A stretch of 64,000 bases of DNA from contig CAXXVS010000002.1 of the NCBI GenBank assembly GCA_963674755.2, forward strand, positions 1,440,001 through 1,504,000. Direction: 5' to 3'. The notes below the pieces were generated by a model, which saw only the letters and a program-made list of their open reading frames with translations, did no database searches and was not told where the DNA came from. The stretch's first letter is position 1. Every line of letters starts with the position of its first letter. Positions 8,957 to 18,600 of this stretch are shown here, in pieces. The stretch comes from Desulfobacterales bacterium (GTDB lineage Bacteria; Desulfobacterota; Desulfobacteria; Desulfobacterales; UBA5852). The position numbers and the translations under genes were made by a program.

Positions 8957-10309
8957 TCAGTAGCTGATGATGCCGGTATAGTTCCAGGGGGTGATGGCCT
9001 TCAGCTCCGTCTTCAGGTCGTCGTCGACGGCCAGGCCGTCGATAAAGGCCGCCAGGGCGGCCTGGTCGATCCGGACATGGGTGCGGGTCAGATCGCGCAG
9101 GGCTTCGTAAGGTTTGGGGAAGCCTTCCCGGCGCAGCACGGTCTGGATGGCCTCGGCTACCACGGCCCAATTGGCCTCCAGGTCGTTGCGGATGGCCGCC
9201 TCGTCCAGCAGCAGCTTATCGAGTCCCCGCAAGAGGGATTTGACGGCGATGGCAATATGGGCCAGGGGCACCCCGATGTTGCGCGTGACGGTGGAATCGG
9301 TGAGGTCCCGCTGCAGGCGGGAGATGGGCAGCTTGGCGGCCAGATGCTCCAGCAGGGCGTTGGCCAGGCCCAGATTGCCCTCGGAATTTTCGAAGTCGAT
9401 GGGATTGACCTTGTGGGGCATGGTGGAAGAGCCCACCTCGCCGGCCTTGATCTTCTGCCGGAAGTAATTCATGGAAATGTAGGTCCACACATCCCGGTCC
9501 AGGTCCAGCAGAATGGTGTTGAGGCGTTTCAGGCCGTCACAGAAGGCCGCCAGGTTGTCATAGTGTTCGATCTGGGTGGTCACCCGGTAGCGGTCGAGCC
9601 CCAGGGTCCCGTTCACCAGCCGGTCGGCGAAGGCGATCCAGTCCGTATCCGGATAGGCGATGTGGTGGGCGTTGAAATTGCCGGTGGCCCCGCCGAATTT
9701 GGCGCCGAAAGAAACCGCCTCGAGTAGCTTGAGCTGCCGCTCGAGGCGTTCGACGAAGACATAAACCTCCTTGCCCAAACGTGTGGGGGAGGCCGGCTGG
9801 CCGTGCGTGCGGGCCAGCATCGAAACGTCGCGCCATTCCCGGGCGCGCGCCTTCAAGGCCTCGATAGTTTGGCTATAGAGGGGCCGCACGACCGTCTCCC
9901 AGGCCTCTTTCAGGGCCAGGGGGACGGCGGTGTTGTTGATATCCTGGGAGGTCAGCCCGAAATGGATGAATTCCTTGCTGGCGTCCAGCCCCAGGGCTTC
10001 GAACTGGTCTTTGAGGAAATACTCCACGGACTTGACGTCGTGGTTGGTTTCCCGCTCGATGCGCTTGACCGCCCGGGCGTCTTCCAGATCGAAATTCCGG
10101 TAGATGGCCCGCAGGTCCGCGAAGCGGGCCGGGTCCACACCGGCCAGGGGCGGCAGGGGCAGCTCGCACAAGGCGATGAAATACTCGATTTCCACGCGCG
10201 TGCGGTAGCGGATCAGGGCGCTTTCCGAAAAATAGGCGGCGAGATCCTGCGTGGCGCGGCGGTAGCGGCCGTCGACGGGGGAAATGGCTTCCAGGGGGGA
10301 GAATTCCAT
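8957..10309 (-). CDS. purB: Adenylosuccinate lyase
   Basis: AISPVDGRY, TNHDVK, HFGLTSQDINN, RTHGQPASPT, GSSTMPHKVNPIDFENSEGN. Confidence 0.97.
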   Translation of the reverse strand: MEFSPLEAISPVDGRYRRATQDLAAYFSESALIRYRTRVEIEYFIALCELPLPPLAGVDPARFADLRAIYRNFDLEDARAVKRIERETNHDVKSVEYFLKDQFEALGLDASKEFIHFGLTSQDINNTAVPLALKEAWETVVRPLYSQTIEALKARAREWRDVSMLARTHGQPASPTRLGKEVYVFVERLERQLKLLEAVSFGAKFGGATGNFNAHHIAYPDTDWIAFADRLVNGTLGLDRYRVTTQIEHYDNLAAFCDGLKRLNTILLDLDRDVWTYISMNYFRQKIKAGEVGSSTMPHKVNPIDFENSEGNLGLANALLEHLAAKLPISRLQRDLTDSTVTRNIGVPLAHIAIAVKSLLRGLDKLLLDEAAIRNDLEANWAVVAEAIQTVLRREGFPKPYEALRDLTRTHVRIDQAALAAFIDGLAVDDDLKTELKAITPWNYTGIISY

Positions 10310-10342
10310 GGTATGGTCACTACCTTTCGCATTCGACAATGA

Positions 10343-10425
10343 GTGCTCATCCCGAGATAGCATCTTTTGGCCCCGGCCCACCGGCGGCGGGCCGGAACCA
10401 AAATCTACCATGTATGGATGAACAC
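10343..10425. repeat. Hairpin element family 1, short copy
   Basis: gatagcatcttttggccccggcc...ggccggaaccaaaatctacc matches the 61824-61969 copy; ends gtgctcatcc/ggatgaacac. Confidence 0.8.
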
Positions 10426-10599
10426 GAGGTAACGGCTGGATCCTGCAGACCCGGTGATCAAGGCCCGCCCATCCCGCTATAGACGACTATCGATCAGGGT
10501 GTCAAGTGCGCGGTCCCGACCTGGTCAAGGGCGTTTTCCGGTCGACAGCATCGGGCCAACAGACGCCGTAATCCCAATGGACACCACGAGGAGGAAATC

Positions 10600-12411
10600 A
10601 TGGGCGAACGCACCATTCCCCGGCGAAGCGACATTCCCCGCGAACATCAATGGGACCTGACCCCGCTCTTTGCCGACGACGCGCACTGGCGTTCCCGGTA
10701 CGATCAGGTGGCAGCGGAATTGCCGGGCTACGATACCTACCGGGGGCGCCTGGGGGAATCCCCGGAGGTCCTGGCGGAGGCCATCGCCTTCGACCTCGAT
10801 CTGTCCCGGCGGATCGAACGGCTCTATACCTTCGCCCACCTGAAAAACGACGAAGACAAATCCAATCAGACCTACCTGGCCATGTACCAGCGGGCGGTCA
10901 GCCTCTATACCCGGGCCTCCGAGCTGTCCAGCTTCATGCGGCCCGAAATCATGGCGATCCCCGAAAACCTTGTCCCGCAATTCCTTGCGAGCGAAGCCCT
11001 CCGGGAAGTCCGCTTCCACCTGGAGAAAGTCCTGCGCCATCGCCCCCACACCCTGCCTGCGCCCATGGAGGAGATGCTGGCCCGGAGCAGTGAAATGGCC
11101 CAGACCGCGTCCCAGGTATTCGGCCAGCTGGACAACGTGGACCTGTCCTTCGGCACCATCACCGACCCGAGCGGCGAGGTGGCGGAACTCAGCCACGGCA
11201 ATTTTATCACCTTCCTGCAGCATCCTGCGCGGGAAATGCGCCGCAAGGCCTTTTTCCAATATTACGACGCCTATCAAAACCACCGCAACACCATCGCGGC
11301 CGCCCTGGCCGGATCGATCAAGGCCGACCTCTTCTATGCCCGCAGCCGCAACCATGCCACCTGCCGGGAGGGCGCCCTCTTTGCGGACGACATTCCGCTG
11401 GCGGTCTACGACAACCTGATTGCGACGGTCAAAGACAACCTGGCCCCCCTCTTCGCCTATCTTGACTTCCGCCGGGAGGCCCTGGGGTTATCCGATCTGC
11501 ACTTCTACGACACCTATGTTCCCATCATCGGGGATGTCACTTTCGAGATGCCCTACGACGAAGCCGTGGAAACCTGCAGCGCGGCCCTGGCGCCCCTGGG
11601 GTCGGCCTATACCGAGGTGCTGCGCAAAGGCCTTACCGGAGGCTGGGTGGACCGCTACGAAAACCGCGGCAAACGCAGCGGGGCCTACTCCTCGGGCTGC
11701 TATGACTCGCCGCCCTATATCCTGCTCAACTACGAGGCCGACAATATCAACAGCCTCTACACGCTGATCCACGAAGCCGGCCATTCCATGCACTCCGACC
11801 TGTCCCGGCGCCACCAGCCCTATGTCTACCACGGCTACACCATCTTCGTGGCGGAGGTGGCCTCGACCTTCAATGAGACCCTGCTGAGCGCCCACCTCCT
11901 GGAACGCTACCGGGACGACGCCCGCATGCGGGCCTATATTATCAACCGTGAAATCGACAACATCCGGGGCACGCTCTTCCGGCAGACCATGTTCGCCGAA
12001 TTCGAACTGCGCACCCATGCCCTGGCCGAGGCCCAGGAGCCTCTGACCCTCGACGTCTTGACCGGCATCTACCGGGAGCTGCTGACAACCCATTTCGGTG
12101 GGCATCTGGTCATCGACGATGAACTGACCCTGGAATGCCTGCGCATCCCGCACTTCTACTCCGCCTTTTATGTTTATAAATACGCCACCGGCATTTCGGC
12201 GGCCATCGCCCTGGCCAACCGGGTGATGCAGGGCGTGGAGGGGGCCCGGGAAGACTATCTGCGCTTTCTCACCCTGGGAGGCAGCCGCTTCCCCTTGGAC
12301 GAGCTGCGGGAAGCCGGTGTGGATATGGGCACCCCGGCGCCGGTGGTCGATGCCATCGCCCACTTCAGCCGGCTGGTGGCGGAGTTGAAGGCGGTCTACA
12401 CCACCCTTTAA
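10600..12411 (+). CDS. pepF: Oligoendopeptidase F (M3B)
   Basis: WVDRYENRGKRSGAYS, TLIHEAGHSMH zinc motif, IFVAEVAST, IPHFY..FYVYKYATG. Confidence 0.96.
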   Translation: MGERTIPRRSDIPREHQWDLTPLFADDAHWRSRYDQVAAELPGYDTYRGRLGESPEVLAEAIAFDLDLSRRIERLYTFAHLKNDEDKSNQTYLAMYQRAVSLYTRASELSSFMRPEIMAIPENLVPQFLASEALREVRFHLEKVLRHRPHTLPAPMEEMLARSSEMAQTASQVFGQLDNVDLSFGTITDPSGEVAELSHGNFITFLQHPAREMRRKAFFQYYDAYQNHRNTIAAALAGSIKADLFYARSRNHATCREGALFADDIPLAVYDNLIATVKDNLAPLFAYLDFRREALGLSDLHFYDTYVPIIGDVTFEMPYDEAVETCSAALAPLGSAYTEVLRKGLTGGWVDRYENRGKRSGAYSSGCYDSPPYILLNYEADNINSLYTLIHEAGHSMHSDLSRRHQPYVYHGYTIFVAEVASTFNETLLSAHLLERYRDDARMRAYIINREIDNIRGTLFRQTMFAEFELRTHALAEAQEPLTLDVLTGIYRELLTTHFGGHLVIDDELTLECLRIPHFYSAFYVYKYATGISAAIALANRVMQGVEGAREDYLRFLTLGGSRFPLDELREAGVDMGTPAPVVDAIAHFSRLVAELKAVYTTL

Positions 12412-12422
12412 CGGTGGAATAA

Positions 12423-12485
12423 GTCGAAATCGGGATCGAAACCGTCTTTTTCGATAGCGATTGCGATTTCGATCCCGATTTGGAT
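12423..12485. repeat. ATCGNN hexamer inverted array (family 2), hairpin between convergent genes
   Basis: aaatcgggatcgaaa / tttcgatcccgattt perfect 15-bp inverted repeat inside hexamer arrays; may also act as a terminator. Confidence 0.75.
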
Positions 12486-12493
12486 TTTTTTGA

Positions 12494-13936
12494 TCAGTAG
12501 GACGCCAGAAGCGTTGTCAGGAAAGTGTAGACCCGGCCCACGGACGGCAGTTCCAGCTTTTCCTCGGGGGAGTGGGGATGGCGCAGGTCGGGTCCGATGG
12601 AGATCATCTCCATACCCGGCACCTTGTCGCCGATCAGGCCGCATTCCAGTCCGGCGTGGATGATTTCCACCACCGGTTCCTTCCCGTAAAGCTCCTGGTA
12701 GACGTCGCGGCAGCGCTGCAGAAGGGCCGAGTCTTTGTCCGGCGCCCAGGCCGGATGGTGGTTCAAACGGACGGCGCTGGCACCGGCCAGGGCAGCCACG
12801 GCCGTCACCCGCGACGTCATCTCATCCAGCCGCGACATGGAGGAACTGCGCTGGCTGCTGATGATATCGAGGGCGTCATTCTTGATGCGAACGATCGCCA
12901 GATTGCAGGAAGTCTCCACGAGGCCGGCTACCTGGGTCGACATGCCGTGCACCCCGTGGGGCAGCGCGTTCAGCAGATGGACCGCCCGTGCCGCGCTTTC
13001 CGCCGCCAGCATGCGCACGGGCCGGTCGTCCGTCGGCTCTTCCAAACGCACAAAGAGGCTGGGTTCGGTATCGTCATGCTCGTCCCGGAAGATCGCCTCG
13101 CAATGCCGCACGGCCTCGCGCACGGCCGTCAGCGGCCCGGAAGGCAAGGCCAGAAAGGCCGAGGCATCCCGCGGAATGGCATTGTGGGCCGAACCGCCCC
13201 TGAGAGACACCAGGCGCACCCCCTCCAGGGCCTGCAGGCGTTGGAGGACCCGCCCCAGCAGGCGGTTGGCATTGGCGCGCGGCTTGTGGATATCCACGCC
13301 GGAGTGCCCCCCGCGCAGCCCCCCCACCACCAAGCGGGCGCCGACCAGTTCAGCCGGCAGATCTTCGTAAGTCAGCGGCAGGCGGATCCGGGTCTCTTCC
13401 CCCCCGGCGCATCCGATGGTGAAGACGCCCTCGTCCTCGGAATCGATATTGATCAGGATGCGTCCCTTGAGGAGGGTGGCATCGAGCTTGTGGGCCCCGA
13501 GCAGGCCGCTTTCCTCGTCCACCGTGAACAGGAGTTCCAGGGGCGGGTGCTTCAGGGCATGGTCTTCGGCCAGCACCATCGACATCGCCAGGGCAATGCC
13601 GTTGTCGGCCCCCAGGGTGGTATCCACGGCGTGGACCCAGTCCCCGTCGCGCACCACCGGGATCGGGTCCTGCTCGAAATCATGCGTCGATTCGGGCGTT
13701 TTCTCGCAGACCATGTCCATGTGGCCCTGGAGAATCACCACCGCGCGATCTTCCCGGCCGGGTGAGGCCGGCACCTGGATGACGAGATTGCCGGCCGGGT
13801 CGCTGCGGAAAGCATAACCCCGGGTGCGGGCCCATTCCGTGAGCCAGGCCGCCAGGCGGGTCTCGTTCTTGGAGCAACGGGGAATGGCGTTGATCGCTTC
13901 GAATTTAGCGAGAATGGCGTCGATCTGGTTTTCCAT
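12494..13936 (-). CDS. pepD: Aminoacyl-histidine dipeptidase (M20C)
   Basis: LQGHMDMVCEK, TTLGADNGI, FTVDEESG, INIDSEDEG, GGHSG, IHAGLECG. Confidence 0.95.
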   Translation of the reverse strand: MENQIDAILAKFEAINAIPRCSKNETRLAAWLTEWARTRGYAFRSDPAGNLVIQVPASPGREDRAVVILQGHMDMVCEKTPESTHDFEQDPIPVVRDGDWVHAVDTTLGADNGIALAMSMVLAEDHALKHPPLELLFTVDEESGLLGAHKLDATLLKGRILINIDSEDEGVFTIGCAGGEETRIRLPLTYEDLPAELVGARLVVGGLRGGHSGVDIHKPRANANRLLGRVLQRLQALEGVRLVSLRGGSAHNAIPRDASAFLALPSGPLTAVREAVRHCEAIFRDEHDDTEPSLFVRLEEPTDDRPVRMLAAESAARAVHLLNALPHGVHGMSTQVAGLVETSCNLAIVRIKNDALDIISSQRSSSMSRLDEMTSRVTAVAALAGASAVRLNHHPAWAPDKDSALLQRCRDVYQELYGKEPVVEIIHAGLECGLIGDKVPGMEMISIGPDLRHPHSPEEKLELPSVGRVYTFLTTLLASY

Positions 13937-14148
13937 GGGATCTTCTTTCTCTTCGCTTGCTGTTTATGGATGTTTCACCTGGCGGGTCCGATCACCTGCG
14001 TCGGATCATGACGGGCGGGTACCGGACCGCATCGCAGTCACCGTGCCGTAGCACGGACAGGATTCAAATGGTGGCGATAGTATGGTAAACTATAGAAGAA
14101 GTCAAAGCAGCCCGGACCTGAAACCCTTCGACACCCTGCGGAATCACC

Positions 14149-15060
14149 ATGCTGAAAACCGTTCTATCGCATCTCAAGGCCTGCGGCATCACCCTTGCGA
14201 TCGCCGCCAACACCGTTTTGTGGGGCATCCCGATCCACTTATTGGCTCTGATCAAGCTGGGCATTCGATCGTCCACCTGGCAAACGGCCTGCACCAACGG
14301 GCTGATTCGCCTGGTGAAAGGCTGGATCCGGGGCGTCCTCGCGATCCAGGACCGCTTCCTCGATATCGCCTGGGATATCCGGCCCACCGCGGCCCTGAGC
14401 CGCCAACAATGGTACCTCGTCACCATCAACCATCGCTCCTGGGCCGACATCCCCGTGTTGCTGAAGGCCCTCACCGACCGGGTACCGTTTCCGGTGGTCT
14501 TTGCCAAGCGCCAGATGTTCTGGGTGCCCATCATCGGGACAGCCCTCTGGGCCCTGGACTACCCCATCATGAAACGCTTTTCCCGAGGGCAGCTTGCGCG
14601 TCATCCCGAAAGACGCGGCCTCGATCTCGACACCACACGCCAGTCCTGCCGCAAATACCAGTTCCGGCCGGTGGCCATCTGGAATTTCATCGAGGGCACC
14701 CGTTTTACAGCGGCGAAGCATCGCCATCAGGACTCGCCCTACCGGCACCTCCTGCGCCCCAAGACGGGTGGACTGGCCTTCGCCATCCAGGCCATGGAAG
14801 GCCGGATCACCCGCCTGCTGGACGTCACGATCGTCTACCCCGAAGGCATCACGAACTTCTGGTCCTACTTGAGGGGCGAAGTTCGACAGGTTTCCGTCCA
14901 TCTGCGGGAAATCGTCATTCCCGACCACCTGCGCCATGGTCGCTATCGGGAAGATCCCCACTACCGTGAAACGGTCAAGGAGTGGCTCGCGCACATTTGG
15001 CGCGAAAAAGACGACCTGATCGATCAAAACCTGAATTGCCCGTCATCCTTCATCGAATAG
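14149..15060 (+). CDS. PlsC-family acyltransferase (YihG-like)
   Basis: NHRSWADI (HX4D), FIEGTRFT, HLLRPKTGG, DVTIVYP, W.EKD. Confidence 0.9.
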   Translation: MLKTVLSHLKACGITLAIAANTVLWGIPIHLLALIKLGIRSSTWQTACTNGLIRLVKGWIRGVLAIQDRFLDIAWDIRPTAALSRQQWYLVTINHRSWADIPVLLKALTDRVPFPVVFAKRQMFWVPIIGTALWALDYPIMKRFSRGQLARHPERRGLDLDTTRQSCRKYQFRPVAIWNFIEGTRFTAAKHRHQDSPYRHLLRPKTGGLAFAIQAMEGRITRLLDVTIVYPEGITNFWSYLRGEVRQVSVHLREIVIPDHLRHGRYREDPHYRETVKEWLAHIWREKDDLIDQNLNCPSSFIE

Positions 15061-15201
15061 CGCCCCGATTGAAAACGACGCCAGGCTGCCCGTCCCGGTA
15101 ACACGATCCAAAAAATCGTTTGACCTGGGCGGCGACAATGCCCAGAATACGAGCATCTATGTCAGGCGACAACCGTATACCCATCATCAAGGAGGATAGC
15201 G

Positions 15202-15690
15202 ATGCGCCCACAATGGTTCCTTACCTTCATGCTGGCGATCTTTTTTCTGGCCGGAACAGCGGCGGCTCAGGAATTGATTGTCTTTCCGGCCAAAGGCCAG
15301 AGCAACGACCAGATGGAGCAGGATAAATTTACCTGCTACACCTGGGCTAAAAACGAAACCGGCTTTGATCCCATGGCACCGCCCACGACGACGGCGCCGC
15401 CGCCGGCCCAAGCGGCTCCCCAGGGGGGCGTGATCCGGGGAGCGGCCCGCGGGGCTCTCGTGGGGGTTGCGGCGGGCGCCATCGCCGGTGATGCCGGCAA
15501 GGGAGCTGCCATCGGGGCGGCTTCCGGCGGTTTGCTGGGCGGCATGCGCCGCAGGGACCAGTACCGTCAGGAAGCGTCCAGTCAGCAGCAATGGGAGCAG
15601 CAGCAGGCCCAGCAGTACACCCAGAAGCGCAATACATACAACCGCGCCTATTCCGCCTGTCTCGAAGGCAAGGGCTACACCGTAAAGTAG
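15202..15690 (+). CDS. Secreted glycine-zipper protein (YMGG-like)
   Basis: Signal peptide, FPAKGQS..Q..DK..CY, GAA.GA..G zipper, AYSACLEGKGYTVK. Confidence 0.85.
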   Translation: MRPQWFLTFMLAIFFLAGTAAAQELIVFPAKGQSNDQMEQDKFTCYTWAKNETGFDPMAPPTTTAPPPAQAAPQGGVIRGAARGALVGVAAGAIAGDAGKGAAIGAASGGLLGGMRRRDQYRQEASSQQQWEQQQAQQYTQKRNTYNRAYSACLEGKGYTVK

Positions 15691-15703
15691 AAAGGAGCAA
15701 AGC

Positions 15704-16120
15704 ATGATGCGACATGCACTGACAGGCAGTTTAGCGGTCCTCGTCCTGTTGATGGCAGTCCCTGCCGTCCTGGCGGCCGACTTTGACGGCAGCCGTCCCC
15801 TGCTGATGGCCGTCATCGATATCATCGAGTGCCATCCCGGCGGCGCCTGTGAAAACGTGACCCCCCAGGAGGCGCGCCTCCCCCGATTTCTGGAAATTGA
15901 TTTCGACAAGAAGGAAATCAGTGAAGTCGGCGATGCCCAGGACGAAAGGCGCACCGCCATCCAGAATATGACCCAAGGTGAAGGCGTATTGATACTGCAA
16001 GGTGCCCAAAACGGACGCGGCTGGTCTCTCACAATTACGGAAGCCAGCGGCGACGCCGTGGCAACGGTCGCCGATCCTGTGAGCGGCTTTGTCATTTTCG
16101 GCGCCTGCACGCCCCGCTGA
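15704..16120 (+). CDS. Secreted hypothetical protein
   Basis: aaggag RBS, signal peptide, three Cys, C-terminal IFGACTP. Confidence 0.75.
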   Translation: MMRHALTGSLAVLVLLMAVPAVLAADFDGSRPLLMAVIDIIECHPGGACENVTPQEARLPRFLEIDFDKKEISEVGDAQDERRTAIQNMTQGEGVLILQGAQNGRGWSLTITEASGDAVATVADPVSGFVIFGACTPR

Positions 16121-16167
16121 TCAGTTTCGGCGGTGAGTCGCCCTTCTATGGAGAAATTGTACCCGTT

Positions 16168-17031
16168 ATGCTGAAACGACTGCGGCTGCAGACCTTAACG
16201 ATTCCCTGGAATCTTTTTCTCATTTTCACAGGCGCCCTGGTATTTGCGGTCGGCGTCAAAGCCGTGGCCCTGCCCCACGAGTTCATCTCCGGCGGCATGT
16301 CCGGCCTGTCTCTGCTGGTCTACTACGGGACCAAATGGCTTTCTCCCGGCATCTGGTATTTCATCATCAATGTGCCGATCTTTCTCGTCGGCTGGGTGTT
16401 TATCAGCCGGCGCTTCTTTTTGTACAGCATCTTCGGCATGCTGACCCTGTCATGGGCCATCGACCAGATCCAGTTTACCATTCCGGTGCACGATCCCATG
16501 CTGGCCGCCATCGCCGGCGGTACGATCATCGGCGCCGGCGCCGGCATCACCCTGCATTCGCTGGGCTCCTCCGGCGGCAATGACGTCATCGCCGTCCTGC
16601 TGAACCAGAAATTCAACATTCGCATGGGAACCTTCTTTTTTGGCTTCAACCTGCTGCTGTTCAGCTTCAGCCTGGGCATCCTGGACGTCGACCGGGTGCT
16701 CTATTCCCTGGTCATGAGCTTCGTGACGGCCCAGATGCTGGACTATGTGCTGACCTTCTTCAATCAGCGCAAAATCGCCTTCATCATTTCCGATGCCTCG
16801 GAACAGATCGCCGCCGCCATCAACGAACGGCTCAGGCGGGGGGGAACCTTTCTCTACGGACGGGGAACCTACACGCGCAAGCACCGCAAGATCGTCATGA
16901 CGGTATTGAACAACTTCGAATTGAAGCGCCTGGAAGAATTGGTCTTCGAAATCGACCCGGAAGCCTTCGTCATTATTGAAAGGACATACAACGTGCTGGG
17001 AAGGGGCTTTTCCCACCGTAAGGTGTACTAG
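16168..17031 (+). CDS. YitT-family membrane protein
   Basis: SGGMSG, NVPIF, GSSGGND, C-terminal GRGTYT and EIDPEAFV..NVLGRGF. Confidence 0.9.
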   Translation: MLKRLRLQTLTIPWNLFLIFTGALVFAVGVKAVALPHEFISGGMSGLSLLVYYGTKWLSPGIWYFIINVPIFLVGWVFISRRFFLYSIFGMLTLSWAIDQIQFTIPVHDPMLAAIAGGTIIGAGAGITLHSLGSSGGNDVIAVLLNQKFNIRMGTFFFGFNLLLFSFSLGILDVDRVLYSLVMSFVTAQMLDYVLTFFNQRKIAFIISDASEQIAAAINERLRRGGTFLYGRGTYTRKHRKIVMTVLNNFELKRLEELVFEIDPEAFVIIERTYNVLGRGFSHRKVY

Positions 17032-17047
17032 AAGGAAACAAGCACCC

Positions 17048-18376
17048 ATGGCATCTGCCCGCCACATCGAAGAGGACCTGCTGCCCCGGGAGCCCATCGA
17101 CCGCTTCGTGGATCCCTTGATACGCTTTCTGCACATCGAAGCGGCCAGCGGCGTCGTTCTCCTGCTGGCCACGACGGTGGCGCTGGCATTCGCCAACCTG
17201 CCGACGGCCGACTGGTACCAGGGACTCTGGAAAATCCGCCTGTCCATCGGGCTGGGCAGCTTTCAGATGAATCACTCCCTGCAGCATTGGATCAACGACG
17301 GCCTGATGGCCATCTTTTTTTTCGTCATCGGCCTGGAAGTCAAACGGGAGCTGGTGATGGGCGAGCTCCAGGAGCTGCGGCAGGCGGTTCTGCCCATCGC
17401 CGCCGCCATGGGGGGCATGCTCATCCCGGCAGGCATCTTTTTGCTGCTGCAGGCGGGATCGCCCGGCGCCCGGGGATGGGGCATTCCCATGGCCACGGAC
17501 ATCGCCTTTGTGGTGGGCTGCCTGGCGGTGCTGGGTAAACGGATTCCGGGGAGTCTGCGCGTCCTGCTGCTTTCCCTGGCCATCGCCGACGATATCGGGG
17601 CCATCCTGGTGATCGCCATCGGGTACACGGCAAGCCTCAACCAGACCGCCCTCGCCCTGGGCGTGGCGGGGATCGTGCTGTTTCCCCTGCTGATGAAGGC
17701 CGGCGTCCGCAACCACGCCGTCTATTACATTCTGATGGTCCTGACCTGGGGCGCCTTTCACGAATCCGGCATCCACGCCACCATCGCCGGGGTGATCTTC
17801 GGCCTGCTGACGCCCACCCGTTCCTGGATCACGGAAAACCGCCTCGAAACGATCGTGGAGAAGACCCGCCACTTCCTCATGGGCGCCGGCTGGAGCACCT
17901 CGAACGAACGCTACGCCATGCTGCGCCAAATGGAACGAGCCACCCGCACGAGCATATCGCCCCTGGAACGCCATGAGACCGAATTGCATCCCTGGGTGGG
18001 GTTTTTAATCATGCCCATCTTCGCTCTGGCCAATGCGGGCGTCCCCATCCGGGCGGCCGACATTGTCGATCCGGTAGCCCTGGCCACCGCCGCAGGCCTG
18101 TTCCTGGGAAAGCCCGCCGGCATCCTCCTGTTCAGCTTTCTGGCCGTGAAACTTGGGCTGACCCGCCTGCCGGACGGTGTTAGCTGGGGCGCGGTCCTGG
18201 GGGGCGGTTTTCTGGCCGGCATCGGCTTTACCATGGCCCTATTTATCTCCGGCCTGGCCTTGTCCGGCCCCCTCCTGGACGCCGCCAAAGTCGGCGTCAT
18301 GGCCGGCTCGGCCCTCAGCGCCGCCGTGGGCATGGCCTTGCTGATCGTCTTTCTTCCCAAACCGGAACCGACCTGA
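17048..18376 (+). CDS. nhaA: Na+/H+ antiporter NhaA
   Basis: WINDGLMAIFF, GLEVKRE, GWGIPMATDIAF, LAIADD, GIGFTMALFI. Confidence 0.96.
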   Translation: MASARHIEEDLLPREPIDRFVDPLIRFLHIEAASGVVLLLATTVALAFANLPTADWYQGLWKIRLSIGLGSFQMNHSLQHWINDGLMAIFFFVIGLEVKRELVMGELQELRQAVLPIAAAMGGMLIPAGIFLLLQAGSPGARGWGIPMATDIAFVVGCLAVLGKRIPGSLRVLLLSLAIADDIGAILVIAIGYTASLNQTALALGVAGIVLFPLLMKAGVRNHAVYYILMVLTWGAFHESGIHATIAGVIFGLLTPTRSWITENRLETIVEKTRHFLMGAGWSTSNERYAMLRQMERATRTSISPLERHETELHPWVGFLIMPIFALANAGVPIRAADIVDPVALATAAGLFLGKPAGILLFSFLAVKLGLTRLPDGVSWGAVLGGGFLAGIGFTMALFISGLALSGPLLDAAKVGVMAGSALSAAVGMALLIVFLPKPEPT

Positions 18377-18410
18377 TCCCACTTGACCGGCAAAACAGCA
18401 TCGACCAAAG

Positions 18411-18444
18411 AAAACCCCCGTGCCGAACTCTGCGGCGCGGGGGT
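18411..18444 (-). terminator. Intrinsic terminator between convergent nhaA and the VWA/OmpA gene
   Basis: acccccgtgccg / cggcgcgggggt stem; T-run follows on the minus strand. Confidence 0.7.
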
Positions 18445-18466
18445 CGTTATCGATCAGTATTAACAA

Positions 18467-18600
18467 TAGAAGTTGACCTCAAAATGAGGATTTTCGTCCG
18501 AGATCAAGGCGAGGCCGGGGACATGAGCCGAGGGCCCAACGCCGAGACTTGTCCGCCTTTGGCGGATCGGGCGAAAAGACTTTTTTGAGATCGGCTTCTA
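18467..18600. repeat. Hairpin element family 1 copy
   Basis: Terminal repeats tagaagttgacctcaaaa / ttttgagatcggcttcta; near-identical segment to the 1667-1903 copy in the opposite orientation. Confidence 0.85.

Noticed and set aside
2625..12485. Short repeats considered as a CRISPR array
   Set aside because: No constant 23-47 nt direct repeats with unique spacers and no cas genes.
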